From positions 1 through 64,000 of IMG/VR virus record IMGVR_UViG_3300016469_000571: a stretch of DNA of 64,000 nt; one strand, 5' to 3'. The notes under the pieces were generated by a model. That model saw nothing but the letters and a program-made list of their open reading frames with translations. It made no database searches and had not been told where the DNA came from. This document shows, piece by piece, positions 47,758 to 57,279 of the stretch; position 1 is the first letter of the stretch; each line of letters begins with the position of its first letter. The DNA comes from a virus. The translations under genes were made by a program, and so were the position numbers.

Positions 47758-50435
47758 TTTCCTAATATCTTAAACCCTTCCTCTTCTGTATAAGTTTGAT
47801 ACCTAATCAATGAATGCTTATCTAAAAACCTAGTATTGTCCATAAAATCTATGACAGCTACTTTTGTTTTATCTTTATAAGCTCTAACAACTCGACCTAT
47901 TCTTTGCAAAGCTCTTATTTTAGATTTACCTCCACCACCTAAAACTAATCCAGATAATTTTGGCAAATCCATTCCAATATCAAATATTGTGCTCGCAATA
48001 ATACAATCTATATTATCATCATTTAATGCTTGCTTTATTTCATTTCTCTTTTCAAGAGAATCGTTTCCATAAAGCAATTCACATCTTATTCCTTCATTTA
48101 AAAACTCTTTGTATAAAATCTTACCATGCTCTATTGTTTTAAATAAAACCAATGGTTTGTATTTTTTCTCTATTAAAGATTTTGTATTTTTAACTATTAA
48201 AGCATTTCTAATGTCATTATTTACTATATATTCTTTATAAACTTCTTGAAATGTTCTTGCTTGTATTGTTTGGTGTGGAACATTTACAAATTTTATAATA
48301 GGCTGAGCTAAAATACCTTTTTCAATTAATTCTGTAGCAGATACATTGCAAATAATTCTACCAAGCATTGCTTCTGTAAGCAAATCACTACCATCATCTC
48401 TAAATGGCGTTCCTGATAATCCATATATTCTTTCTGGATCTATATATTTATAGATTTGTTGTAATGTCTCACAAGTACATGCATGACATTCGTCTATAAT
48501 ATGAACTTTTGCTTCTTTTAAGCATTTAAGAATTTTAAATTTGTCTTGTATCTTTGGTGGAAGTTCTCTAACAGTTTCATCGTCTATTGTTAGTGATGCT
48601 TTTTTTACCTCTAATGCAGATCCTATTGTCCAAACAGATGCTATTGTTAATCTTTTAGGATTGCAAATACCATTTCCTATCCATCCTATTTCTTCTTTAA
48701 AGATTTTTGAAAATAAATCGTGAAATTGCTGAAGAAGATCAAGACCTATTACATAGATTATAGTAGGCTTGTTAAATTCTTTTGTCATATAAGCAGAAAT
48801 TAAAGTATTATGATTTATAAATCCATTAGAAACAAAACTATGAGTCTCTGGTATGCAAAAATCATAATTATCAGACATTACTTTTTCTATATTAGAAACT
48901 TTTAAAAAAATCTTATCTTTTATAAGACTTTTAATTTCATTAACTTTTTCACTCTCTTCACAACTATCTAAATAATTCTCTAAATTTTTTTTAGATGGAT
49001 TTCTATAAATACCCCAAGATTTAATAGTTTTTGTTTTTTTAAATCCTAACTTTAATTTAGTATTTTTTATATTTGTTTTTTGAAATGGAATGCAATTAAC
49101 ATTTGGGTTAATATTTCTAATTTTAGAAATTATTTTTTTTATTTTATACCCATTTGGGTCTAAACCAATTTCATTCATAAATTTTGGAATGAATTCATTG
49201 TATATGCTTAATATAAAACAATCATTTCTTTTTGTTCTTTTTATTCTTTTTGAAGAAACAATTCCAAAATTTAATAAAATTGTTTGAATTTGATTTATTA
49301 AATTTTCATTAGACAAACCAACACATATTGCATTTGATTCTACCCAACCATCAGTCTCATATATTCCTCTTATAAACATAGCAAGAGGTTCTTTTTTTAA
49401 CATTCTTATGCTTTTAGGAATTTCTTTATTTATAGACTTAGAATATTTAAAACCATAATCATATAATTTTTTCCTATATGACGCCGAGTTTATAATTAGA
49501 TTTTTTGCTTTTGACTTTGTATCACAAATTTTGTGTTTTATATTTATTTTATTTAAATAATTAGATGCAAAATCTAATATATGTTGATCCATATTTGTTA
49601 AAACAACTCTGTTTTTAACGCTTAAACCACCATCACCCATAAGAAGTCCATACCAATAAGCCTCATCTAAGTCTAGATCATTAGATCCATACATTTGGGT
49701 ATTGTATGATATAGCAACATAATCTTCTTTTGATATTTCAGATAATTTTTTCCAATCTAATTGACCATTACCATTTATTACTTTAATTTTATGATTTAAA
49801 GTACCAGTTATTGAAAACCCATATCTTGTGGTAATTTTAATAGATTCAGAAACTCCATCATAATAAAAATGAGACGTAATGTCTTTGTTATTATTTGTTA
49901 AAGGTGTGGCAAGGTTAAGGTTAAGCTTTATGCTTTCTTTTTCTTTTATATTTAAATTAAAGATATTTTTTAATTCTTCAAAAGAAAGTATTCCTTTTTC
50001 TGTAATATTCAAAGAATTCTTTGATATACACTTACCGCTGCCAGTAGCTGCTCTAACTATTCCTATATTGGTTTGCTTGCATGTATCAACAATTTTTTGC
50101 TGATAATCTCTTAAATTATATCCAATATCATTGACAATTAATTCTGGCTCAATTGTTGGTACTTTTCTTTTATCTTCAATTGTATAATCAATTGAATTCT
50201 TTTCTAGAAATTCTTTTACTTTTACAAGTAAGCCGATTTGAAATTCATTTTTTTTATTTAATAATCTTGTAACTCCGTCCCATCCATTTTTATATGCTTG
50301 TGTATATTCAACACCTAATTGTTTGTAGGATAATAAATTTGAAATTCTCTTCATAAGAATTTCGTCATCAGACTCTATTTTACAAGATTTGTTATTTTTA
50401 ATTACTATCTTCATCGCTATAAAAATATAGCGCAT
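47754..50435 (-). CDS. SF2 DExH helicase (UvsW/XPB-like) containing a cis intein
   Basis: LRDYQ, ATGSGK|T, IDECH, SGTP, QRIGRVVR; the true start may be 50414. Confidence 0.9.
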   Translation of the reverse strand: MRYIFIAMKIVIKNNKSCKIESDDEILMKRISNLLSYKQLGVEYTQAYKNGWDGVTRLLNKKNEFQIGLLVKVKEFLEKNSIDYTIEDKRKVPTIEPELIVNDIGYNLRDYQQKIVDTCKQTNIGIVRAATGSGKCISKNSLNITEKGILSFEELKNIFNLNIKEKESIKLNLNLATPLTNNNKDITSHFYYDGVSESIKITTRYGFSITGTLNHKIKVINGNGQLDWKKLSEISKEDYVAISYNTQMYGSNDLDLDEAYWYGLLMGDGGLSVKNRVVLTNMDQHILDFASNYLNKINIKHKICDTKSKAKNLIINSASYRKKLYDYGFKYSKSINKEIPKSIRMLKKEPLAMFIRGIYETDGWVESNAICVGLSNENLINQIQTILLNFGIVSSKRIKRTKRNDCFILSIYNEFIPKFMNEIGLDPNGYKIKKIISKIRNINPNVNCIPFQKTNIKNTKLKLGFKKTKTIKSWGIYRNPSKKNLENYLDSCEESEKVNEIKSLIKDKIFLKVSNIEKVMSDNYDFCIPETHSFVSNGFINHNTLISAYMTKEFNKPTIIYVIGLDLLQQFHDLFSKIFKEEIGWIGNGICNPKRLTIASVWTIGSALEVKKASLTIDDETVRELPPKIQDKFKILKCLKEAKVHIIDECHACTCETLQQIYKYIDPERIYGLSGTPFRDDGSDLLTEAMLGRIICNVSATELIEKGILAQPIIKFVNVPHQTIQARTFQEVYKEYIVNNDIRNALIVKNTKSLIEKKYKPLVLFKTIEHGKILYKEFLNEGIRCELLYGNDSLEKRNEIKQALNDDNIDCIIASTIFDIGMDLPKLSGLVLGGGGKSKIRALQRIGRVVRAYKDKTKVAVIDFMDNTRFLDKHSLIRYQTYTEEEGFKILGK
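48807..50030 (-). mobile_element. Full-length intein (408 aa) with LAGLIDADG endonuclease, inserted in Walker A
   Basis: CISKNS...GTLNH...YGLLMGDG...IRGIYETDG...YDFCIP...GFINHN|T. Confidence 0.93.
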
Positions 50436-50447
50436 GTACTAGAATTG

Positions 50448-50777
50448 TCAATAAAACATCAAATATACTTCAAATTTATTAATATTGTTAATATAAATTT
50501 TGTCAAAGCTTTCAAAATATTTTTTAATATGATCAATGTCTTTTGTTTCTAAAATTTTATTTTCTATTTCTAGTAAATCATTTTTTGTACAACCAAGCTC
50601 AATTAAGGTATTAACAACTGATCTTACTAAATAAGTATTTGCGATTTGTAAACCGATCTTTTTTAAAGATTCTATATCTTTAAATTTTTTCTTAGAATTT
50701 TCTTTTAACAAAGTATCAGTAAATATATCAATACTTGATATTACTAGTTTATTTTCTTTTGTCGATAACATTTCCAA
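50448..50777 (-). CDS. Hypothetical protein (C-terminal EVYLMFY)
   Basis: 109-aa ORF. Confidence 0.55.
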   Translation of the reverse strand: MEMLSTKENKLVISSIDIFTDTLLKENSKKKFKDIESLKKIGLQIANTYLVRSVVNTLIELGCTKNDLLEIENKILETKDIDHIKKYFESFDKIYINNINKFEVYLMFY

Positions 50778-52035
50778 CTAACTTTCCAAAAGCAGAGTTC
50801 TTTTGAGCGATTTGTTCTTTTATTCTTTGCGCAGCAGAAACATTCTGTTCTTTACCAGAATCAAATGTAAGATTTAAATTCCTTCTATCTTCTTTTTCTT
50901 TAACTTTTTGCATTTGTAAGCTAACTTCTTTTTTCAAAGAATTAATCCTTGAATCTGGTAAGCTTAATCCAGAAAAGAAAGAATATACTTTTACATTATC
51001 TTCATTTGAATCAATTGTATAAATGCCTTTAAATATCCCAACAGGACTAGAGCATTGTTCATTTATCATTGCCATTGCATAATTAACACTTGCTGATGTA
51101 ATCTTATCCATTACTGCTTTATTTCCAGCTATGATAACACCAACATATTTGGCATCTTTAATATCAAAACCTTCTGCCAACATATTAGAAGTTAAATTTG
51201 AAATAACTGCTTCTGCAATTGCAGTTGGTTGTTCATAGTTTGATATAGTTAGCTCTCCATAAATAGATAAACCATCTCCATCTGTTAAAATTCTTGCCCA
51301 CTCTGTTGGATCTAATGGTTTTACACTAGATGGCATGGAAGATAAAGTATTAAATACATCAATTGGATTTGCTATAATTTTATTTGCTTGATTAAAAAAG
51401 TCAAGTTGGCTTACATTATGTAATAGCGCTTCTATTTTAGCATTATCAACAACAATTAAATTTGAAATCTTTTTTTGCTGAACTAATTTTGTTAGTTTTG
51501 ATAATGTGTCTAAAGAATTGGATTTTGTTTGAACATCATCAGATTCCATTGGCAATATTGCCATTACTACAATAGGTTTTCCTATGTCTGACAATACGTC
51601 AATTAATGTTAAACAAGAACCAGCACCAGAGCCTCCACCCAAACTAAAACATAATACATTTACTTCGCTAGCATCAAGCTTTGATAGTAGTTTTACTATT
51701 TGATCTTTATTAGACTCTGCTGCCTCTGAACCTATTAGCAAATCTTTTGCAGCACCACCTAGCCCATAATTTAGTAAAAGCTTATTCTGATCTGGAACCT
51801 CTATAAATTTAAGATCTTGCTGTGCTGTATTAATACATACAACATCATATCCTAACTTATAATAAACTTCAGCTAATCTTCCTCCACCTTGACCAGAGCC
51901 AATAAACCCTAAATTAATAGAACGCTCTTTTTTCTTTTTTACTTTGTTTTTTAACATGGCAAGAGTTTCTGAATCTATCTGTAAATCATCAATAATTGTT
52001 TCTTTTGCTTTTTCTTCTATAGAATTTTTAATCAT
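50749..52035 (-). CDS. Tubulin/FtsZ-family GTPase (PhuZ/TubZ-like)
   Basis: GSGQGGGR, INT..QDL, GAAKD, GGGSGAG signature, VVDN. Confidence 0.88.
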   Translation of the reverse strand: MIKNSIEEKAKETIIDDLQIDSETLAMLKNKVKKKKERSINLGFIGSGQGGGRLAEVYYKLGYDVVCINTAQQDLKFIEVPDQNKLLLNYGLGGAAKDLLIGSEAAESNKDQIVKLLSKLDASEVNVLCFSLGGGSGAGSCLTLIDVLSDIGKPIVVMAILPMESDDVQTKSNSLDTLSKLTKLVQQKKISNLIVVDNAKIEALLHNVSQLDFFNQANKIIANPIDVFNTLSSMPSSVKPLDPTEWARILTDGDGLSIYGELTISNYEQPTAIAEAVISNLTSNMLAEGFDIKDAKYVGVIIAGNKAVMDKITSASVNYAMAMINEQCSSPVGIFKGIYTIDSNEDNVKVYSFFSGLSLPDSRINSLKKEVSLQMQKVKEKEDRRNLNLTFDSGKEQNVSAAQRIKEQIAQKNSAFGKLVGNVIDKRK

Positions 52036-52913
52036 TTAAACCACCAATTGTTAGCTAAATACCACTCTAAAAATAATTTCATTCCTGATTTAACATCAAA
52101 TTCTTGTGTCCAACCTAAATTACTTATTTTACTTGAGTCTAATACACATTTATTTAATTTGTTATTTTTTAATAAAATTAATTCTTCTTCTACTTTTAAT
52201 AGGTTTTGCAATTCAAATAAAACATCAAACTCAGAGCATTCTTCACCTCCAATATTATATACTTCTCCTGGTTTTCCACATTCTATCACTTTTAGAATTC
52301 CATTGACCGCATCAGGTACGTATCCAAAACTATAATAATTATTATTTTCTAATACAATTTGCTTTTTGTTATTAAAAGCATCTATAGCAGAAACTAATAA
52401 TGAATTTTTGTGTTGTCTAGGTCCAAAATACTTTCCAACTCTTATTATGTTATAGTCAATTTTATTTAATTTACAATACTCTTTTACTAAATTTTCACAC
52501 AATAATTTTGATAGACCCTCTTCATTGTTTGGATTAGTATTATTTACTTCATTAAATTTTGAATCAGAATTTCCATAAATCTCATCAGAAGAAATATAAA
52601 TAAATCTTTTGCCTTTTGATTTTTCTAATAACTTAGAAGTAATTGATAAGTTCATGGCTAATGAACTATCAAAAGCTCCATGTATAATTATTTCTGGATT
52701 ATCTGATAAAAATATAATATTTAAAAGATGTTCATCATTACAATTACCTATATAAAAAGAATGGTTTTTGTTTTGATAAACATTATTTAATATATGATTA
52801 TTTGAAATAGAATCAATACTAAAGATTTTATAATCTAACTTTGCAAATATGGTTTTTCTTATAAAGTTAGAAAATAAGAAGCCACAAGATCCTGTTACTA
52901 ATATTTTTTTCAT
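52032..52913 (-). CDS. NAD-dependent epimerase/dehydratase (RmlB-like, divergent)
   Basis: LVTGSCGF, ISSDEIYG, FGPRQ, GEVYNIG; the YxxxK position reads EGLSK. Confidence 0.8.
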   Translation of the reverse strand: MKKILVTGSCGFLFSNFIRKTIFAKLDYKIFSIDSISNNHILNNVYQNKNHSFYIGNCNDEHLLNIIFLSDNPEIIIHGAFDSSLAMNLSITSKLLEKSKGKRFIYISSDEIYGNSDSKFNEVNNTNPNNEEGLSKLLCENLVKEYCKLNKIDYNIIRVGKYFGPRQHKNSLLVSAIDAFNNKKQIVLENNNYYSFGYVPDAVNGILKVIECGKPGEVYNIGGEECSEFDVLFELQNLLKVEEELILLKNNKLNKCVLDSSKISNLGWTQEFDVKSGMKLFLEWYLANNWWFK

Positions 52914-53731
52914 TTTTTGTATAAATTATATTTTGGATTTATGTATTTAGACATATCTGTATGATAAATTTTACTCCACTTACTAAACAAATGAGCTAAA
53001 TTTTGATTTAGAAAAAGCTTATTTACTGGATTCTTTTTTAATGTTGCGCTTTCTTCATGAAAGATTTTTGTATTTCCTACACAAATTATTTTTTTATTTT
53101 GTTTATATTTTACATTTAAACAAGCACTAACATCATCAAAAGCCCAAACAAAATCTTCATCCATTCCATGCTGACCAGACAAGTTATTTCTTATATTTTT
53201 ATAAGTTTCTGCTTTAATAAGCATAACAGCTCCGGTTACAGCTTGAAACTCTCTATCTAATGAAAAAAATTCAGAATCTTTTTGCTTTAATCCAAAATGC
53301 ATTGGAGTTCGTAATCTATCATGAAAAACTACTCCTGCATGTTGAATTAAATCTGTATTTTTAAATAATAACTTACAACCAACAATTCCTACAGACTTGT
53401 CATTAAAATAAGATATCATATGGTTTAAATCATTCTTGCCAGAAAAAACAATATCATTGTTTAATAGTAAAACTAAATCATTGTCTTTTGGATTTGATAA
53501 CTTAAATAAATAATTCATTCCATATGCAAAGCTATCATTATTGTGAGGGTGTTTTATAATTTTTAATTTATCATCATTTAATGACTCCAAATACTTTACT
53601 GAGCCATCAGTTGAATTATTATCTTTTATATACCAAGTATAATCAAATTCTTTGTTTAAAGAATTAAAAGAATTATATAACTCTTTTAATTTATCTTCGC
53701 CATTCCAATTTAAAGTAAATATGTAAATCAT
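52910..53731 (-). CDS. Glycosyltransferase family 2
   Basis: LNWN, DNNSTDGS, LLNND, QHAG, AVTGA, HEES. Confidence 0.88.
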   Translation of the reverse strand: MIYIFTLNWNGEDKLKELYNSFNSLNKEFDYTWYIKDNNSTDGSVKYLESLNDDKLKIIKHPHNNDSFAYGMNYLFKLSNPKDNDLVLLLNNDIVFSGKNDLNHMISYFNDKSVGIVGCKLLFKNTDLIQHAGVVFHDRLRTPMHFGLKQKDSEFFSLDREFQAVTGAVMLIKAETYKNIRNNLSGQHGMDEDFVWAFDDVSACLNVKYKQNKKIICVGNTKIFHEESATLKKNPVNKLFLNQNLAHLFSKWSKIYHTDMSKYINPKYNLYKK

Positions 53732-53738
53732 TTCTCTC

Positions 53739-54695
53739 TTAAAAAGACATTGCAAAATTTAAAGAAACATCTAGATTTTTATTTGTAGAAAATCCAGCAC
53801 CAAGACCAATATAGCTATTCTGTAAAAACTTGCTAACATTTTGTAAATTAAAAAATACAGGCACTAAAGAAACTTTATAATCATTAAAATTTGTACCTGC
53901 TCCAATGTTTAATATACTCATTTTAGGTGAGTTTCTAAATTGACCATATTGAATTAATCCAGCATAAATATAAACAGATGAATCAAATCCATGATTAAAC
54001 GCATATCCAGACCCAAGTGATAAAAATAATTTAGGATAAAAATAAAATTGATTTTCTGGTGTAATCTGAAAAGAATCTGCCTTGTCTATTTTTAATTCAT
54101 AATCTTTATCATTTACATTTAAAATTACTTTATTATAAACAATTGTATTATTATCTTTGTCTTTTGATATTACATTTGATATTTTATATTTTCTTTCATA
54201 AACTTCGTATTCCCAAGGATTCTTTCTCCAATGAGAAAACCCAATTTTTGCAAATGGAATTTTTTGATTTATAAATTGTTCTCCAATTGTTATATATTGA
54301 GTTTCTTTTTTTAATTCATCTGGTTTAACTTCAACTATTTCATTTGGTTTTTCTATTTTTGTTTCTGTTTGAACATTTGATTTATTTTGATAAGTAGAAT
54401 AAATCTGAACTGTATTAAGAGATTCTATTCTTCCATTTAAATTTTTCAAATCTTTTTCTATTACAGACAAATCTATCTTATTTTGTTTAAATAGATCTTT
54501 TAGATCTTCTTTTGAAACATTAGAGCTAGATGATCTAATAATAGAATCATCTAATTGTTTTTGTTTTATTTGAAGCTCAGCTAAATAATTATTTTGTTTT
54601 TTTGATTCAAAATAAAAAAACAAACAAAAAATAGATAATATAAAAAATATTATTACATTTACACCTAAAGATATTTTGTTTATTTTTTCATTCAT
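53739..54695 (-). CDS. Membrane-anchored protein with coiled coil and beta-rich C-terminus
   Basis: N-terminal TM segment; ends LDVSLNFAMSF; AGGAG Shine-Dalgarno before 54695. Confidence 0.55.
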   Translation of the reverse strand: MNEKINKISLGVNVIIFFILSIFCLFFYFESKKQNNYLAELQIKQKQLDDSIIRSSSSNVSKEDLKDLFKQNKIDLSVIEKDLKNLNGRIESLNTVQIYSTYQNKSNVQTETKIEKPNEIVEVKPDELKKETQYITIGEQFINQKIPFAKIGFSHWRKNPWEYEVYERKYKISNVISKDKDNNTIVYNKVILNVNDKDYELKIDKADSFQITPENQFYFYPKLFLSLGSGYAFNHGFDSSVYIYAGLIQYGQFRNSPKMSILNIGAGTNFNDYKVSLVPVFFNLQNVSKFLQNSYIGLGAGFSTNKNLDVSLNFAMSF

Positions 54696-55501
54696 AAAAT
54701 CTCCTGAACTTCTGGTACAAAAAAGCAACAAGACTTCTCTATGCTTGTTATCATATATTTAACTCTGTTACCTAACTTATCTGTTTTTTTCATAAAAACA
54801 TCTGCATGATCAGCAAAAGTAGATTTTATTAAAATATCTTCTGAATATTTTTGATCAAAACATCCATTGTGCTTATAAACTTCTAATGACTTTTCTTTTG
54901 CTGCAATTAATAATCTTTTCAAATCTTCTTTTGATAAATCCCTACCAAAAGTTTTGGGTGATATTTTAGCTCTATAAAAAGTCTCTGACTTAAGGCAAAC
55001 CCCAAGTGAAGAAAACATTTTTGGTGTCATTACTAGCAATGTGATTGGTTTATTAAATTTTATATTTTCATAAAAATAATTAATTTTATCATCAAAATCT
55101 TCATCAATAGAATCCCAATAAACCTTAGATAATTTATTATCTAATTCTTCTTTATTAAATAAAAAACATTGACCATAATGCAATGGATCAATAAAATACA
55201 ATTCTTCATCTGATTCTAATTTAAATGAAGCTCCTTTTTCATGTATTTTCTTTAATTTCCCAGAATTTCTTGGTTCTATATACAAATATAAATCTTTTGA
55301 TAATTGAATGTATATATATTTGCCTTTAGATTTAATATCTATAAAATCCAAATCTTTTGGAATTTCTTTATTAAAACCATTTCTATATCTAGAATCTGGA
55401 TAAATATAAAAGTTCTTAATTTTCTTACCAAGAAAATCTTTTCTAATATAATCACATAATACTTTTATTTCTGGACCTTCTGCTGGAAATAACTCTTCCA
55501 T
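54692..55501 (-). CDS. Fpg/Nei-family DNA glycosylase-like protein (atypical N-terminus)
   Basis: EGPE, KGKY, F.DP...G, H2TH-like KSETFYRAKISP, zincless-finger-like FVPEVQ. Confidence 0.75.
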   Translation of the reverse strand: MEELFPAEGPEIKVLCDYIRKDFLGKKIKNFYIYPDSRYRNGFNKEIPKDLDFIDIKSKGKYIYIQLSKDLYLYIEPRNSGKLKKIHEKGASFKLESDEELYFIDPLHYGQCFLFNKEELDNKLSKVYWDSIDEDFDDKINYFYENIKFNKPITLLVMTPKMFSSLGVCLKSETFYRAKISPKTFGRDLSKEDLKRLLIAAKEKSLEVYKHNGCFDQKYSEDILIKSTFADHADVFMKKTDKLGNRVKYMITSIEKSCCFFVPEVQEIL

Positions 55502-56145
55502 TTTTCCTCAAATTTTGTTTTAGATTCTAAATATAATTTATACGTATTTAATTGTTTTGATGTTTGTTTACCAAAATGAATAACTGGTATTTCTTTTATT
55601 ATAAAAGGAATTTCTTTTTGTTTAATTCTAAATCCAAGATCAGTATCTTCAAAATATGCAAAAAACCTTTCATCAAAGAATTGATTGTTCTCTTTTATTC
55701 GATTCCAATTATCTCTAGAGCTAGACAAGCACCAACCAGACATGTACTGGTATGGGTACGATTCTATTTTAGAACTTTCCTTGATAAAGTTAAACTTTTG
55801 ATCTAGGTAGCCTACGGTCGGACCAACGAATCCGTCTTTGCAGAATTGTACGATTTCATCCGTCCAATTCTCAAAATTAGAGCTAACCTTAATATCATTG
55901 TTTATTGTCATTAAATTTTCTGAACTTGCATTTTCAAAACCTATATTTACAGCTTTTCCAAAACCAAAGTTTTCTTTAAGTTTTATGTATTTAACATTAA
56001 ATGTTTTAACAATAGATTCCGTATTATCAGAGCTATTATTATCCACAATAATAATCTCACTATCTTTTAATCTTGTTAAATCTTTTAAACAGGCTTCTGT
56101 AAAATGACTTTTATTAAAAACAGGTATTATAATACTTAATTTCAT
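55465..56145 (-). CDS. Glycosyltransferase family 2
   Basis: SIIIPVFN, VDNNSSD, NFGFGKAVN, NND, YFEDTD. Confidence 0.9.
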   Translation of the reverse strand: MKLSIIIPVFNKSHFTEACLKDLTRLKDSEIIIVDNNSSDNTESIVKTFNVKYIKLKENFGFGKAVNIGFENASSENLMTINNDIKVSSNFENWTDEIVQFCKDGFVGPTVGYLDQKFNFIKESSKIESYPYQYMSGWCLSSSRDNWNRIKENNQFFDERFFAYFEDTDLGFRIKQKEIPFIIKEIPVIHFGKQTSKQLNTYKLYLESKTKFEEKWKSYFQQKVQK

Positions 56146-57266
56146 TTTAATAATTTTTCTACTTTCTTAAAAATATTTGACCAAGAATAATTTTCTATTA
56201 CAGGAGCGAAATCTATTTTATCTATTATAGATTGATAATTACAATAAGCGTGCTTTAATTTCTCAGCAGCATCGTTTACATCTGGCTCAAATACGTATGT
56301 GTTTTGTTTTGATTCCCAATACAACATTTTTGGATTAGCTCTAACTACTTTTCCTGATACTAATAAACTATTACTATCATTGCAAAAATCTAATTGACCA
56401 CCATAATTAGAACAAATTAATAATTTTTTACTAGCTAGCGTTTCTAATGCAGGAATTAAAAAAGACTCAGCATTTGATAAACTAAAAATTACATCGCATG
56501 ACCTATAAAAATCAGAAATATCATCTATATATTTATCATATACTATGATTTCTGCATGATTTTTATATTTTAACTTAAAATCTTTTAATAACTCATAAAA
56601 ATTAACTTCAAAGGGTAATTTTTTTGTTTTTGTACTAACTTTAAATACTAAACATACATCATCGTTTTTATTAAATGCTTTTCCCCAAGATTCTAAAATA
56701 CCAGGAATATTCTTCCTCATATGTGGCTGAGCAATATTTGCCCCAAATGTAAACTTATTTGAAAAATTTATTTTATTTGTTCTAGTTAAAAAAGATTCAG
56801 AATACCCATGAGGTATTACTTCTATCTTGCTTGCTGGAACCATTGAATCAACAAATACTTCTTTTGCATGATTTGATGGCGCTAATATTTTATCCACAAA
56901 AACATGATTTTTTGCAAACCCAGTAGGTAATGCATTTTTACCTGCAAACTCATAACACCAAATTGCAAATCTATTTTTTAATCCTCTTTTAAAATAAAAA
57001 GGAAAGTTAGACATAACTGTATAACTAAATTGAGCATCATAGCTTTTTTGCAAATTAACAGATGATTCTGTTAATTTTGAATAACTAAAACCCTCTTCTA
57101 CATATCCTTTTAAATTAGGTCTTAAATCATCTGGAAAATGCTCTATTCCATTTGTAGAAAAAATATCTATATCATAATTTGATTTTTTAAACTCTCTACA
57201 CAAAGATTGAGCTACAATGCTCCATGAATGCAATTTTCCAGCAAAACCATTCCATAAAACTTTCAT
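56142..57266 (-). CDS. Glycosyltransferase family 4 (GT-B)
   Basis: VIPHG, RKN, ESFLIPALE (Ex7E), NYSW. Confidence 0.88.
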   Translation of the reverse strand: MKVLWNGFAGKLHSWSIVAQSLCREFKKSNYDIDIFSTNGIEHFPDDLRPNLKGYVEEGFSYSKLTESSVNLQKSYDAQFSYTVMSNFPFYFKRGLKNRFAIWCYEFAGKNALPTGFAKNHVFVDKILAPSNHAKEVFVDSMVPASKIEVIPHGYSESFLTRTNKINFSNKFTFGANIAQPHMRKNIPGILESWGKAFNKNDDVCLVFKVSTKTKKLPFEVNFYELLKDFKLKYKNHAEIIVYDKYIDDISDFYRSCDVIFSLSNAESFLIPALETLASKKLLICSNYGGQLDFCNDSNSLLVSGKVVRANPKMLYWESKQNTYVFEPDVNDAAEKLKHAYCNYQSIIDKIDFAPVIENYSWSNIFKKVEKLLK

Positions 57267-57279
57267 GAAGCTATATATA

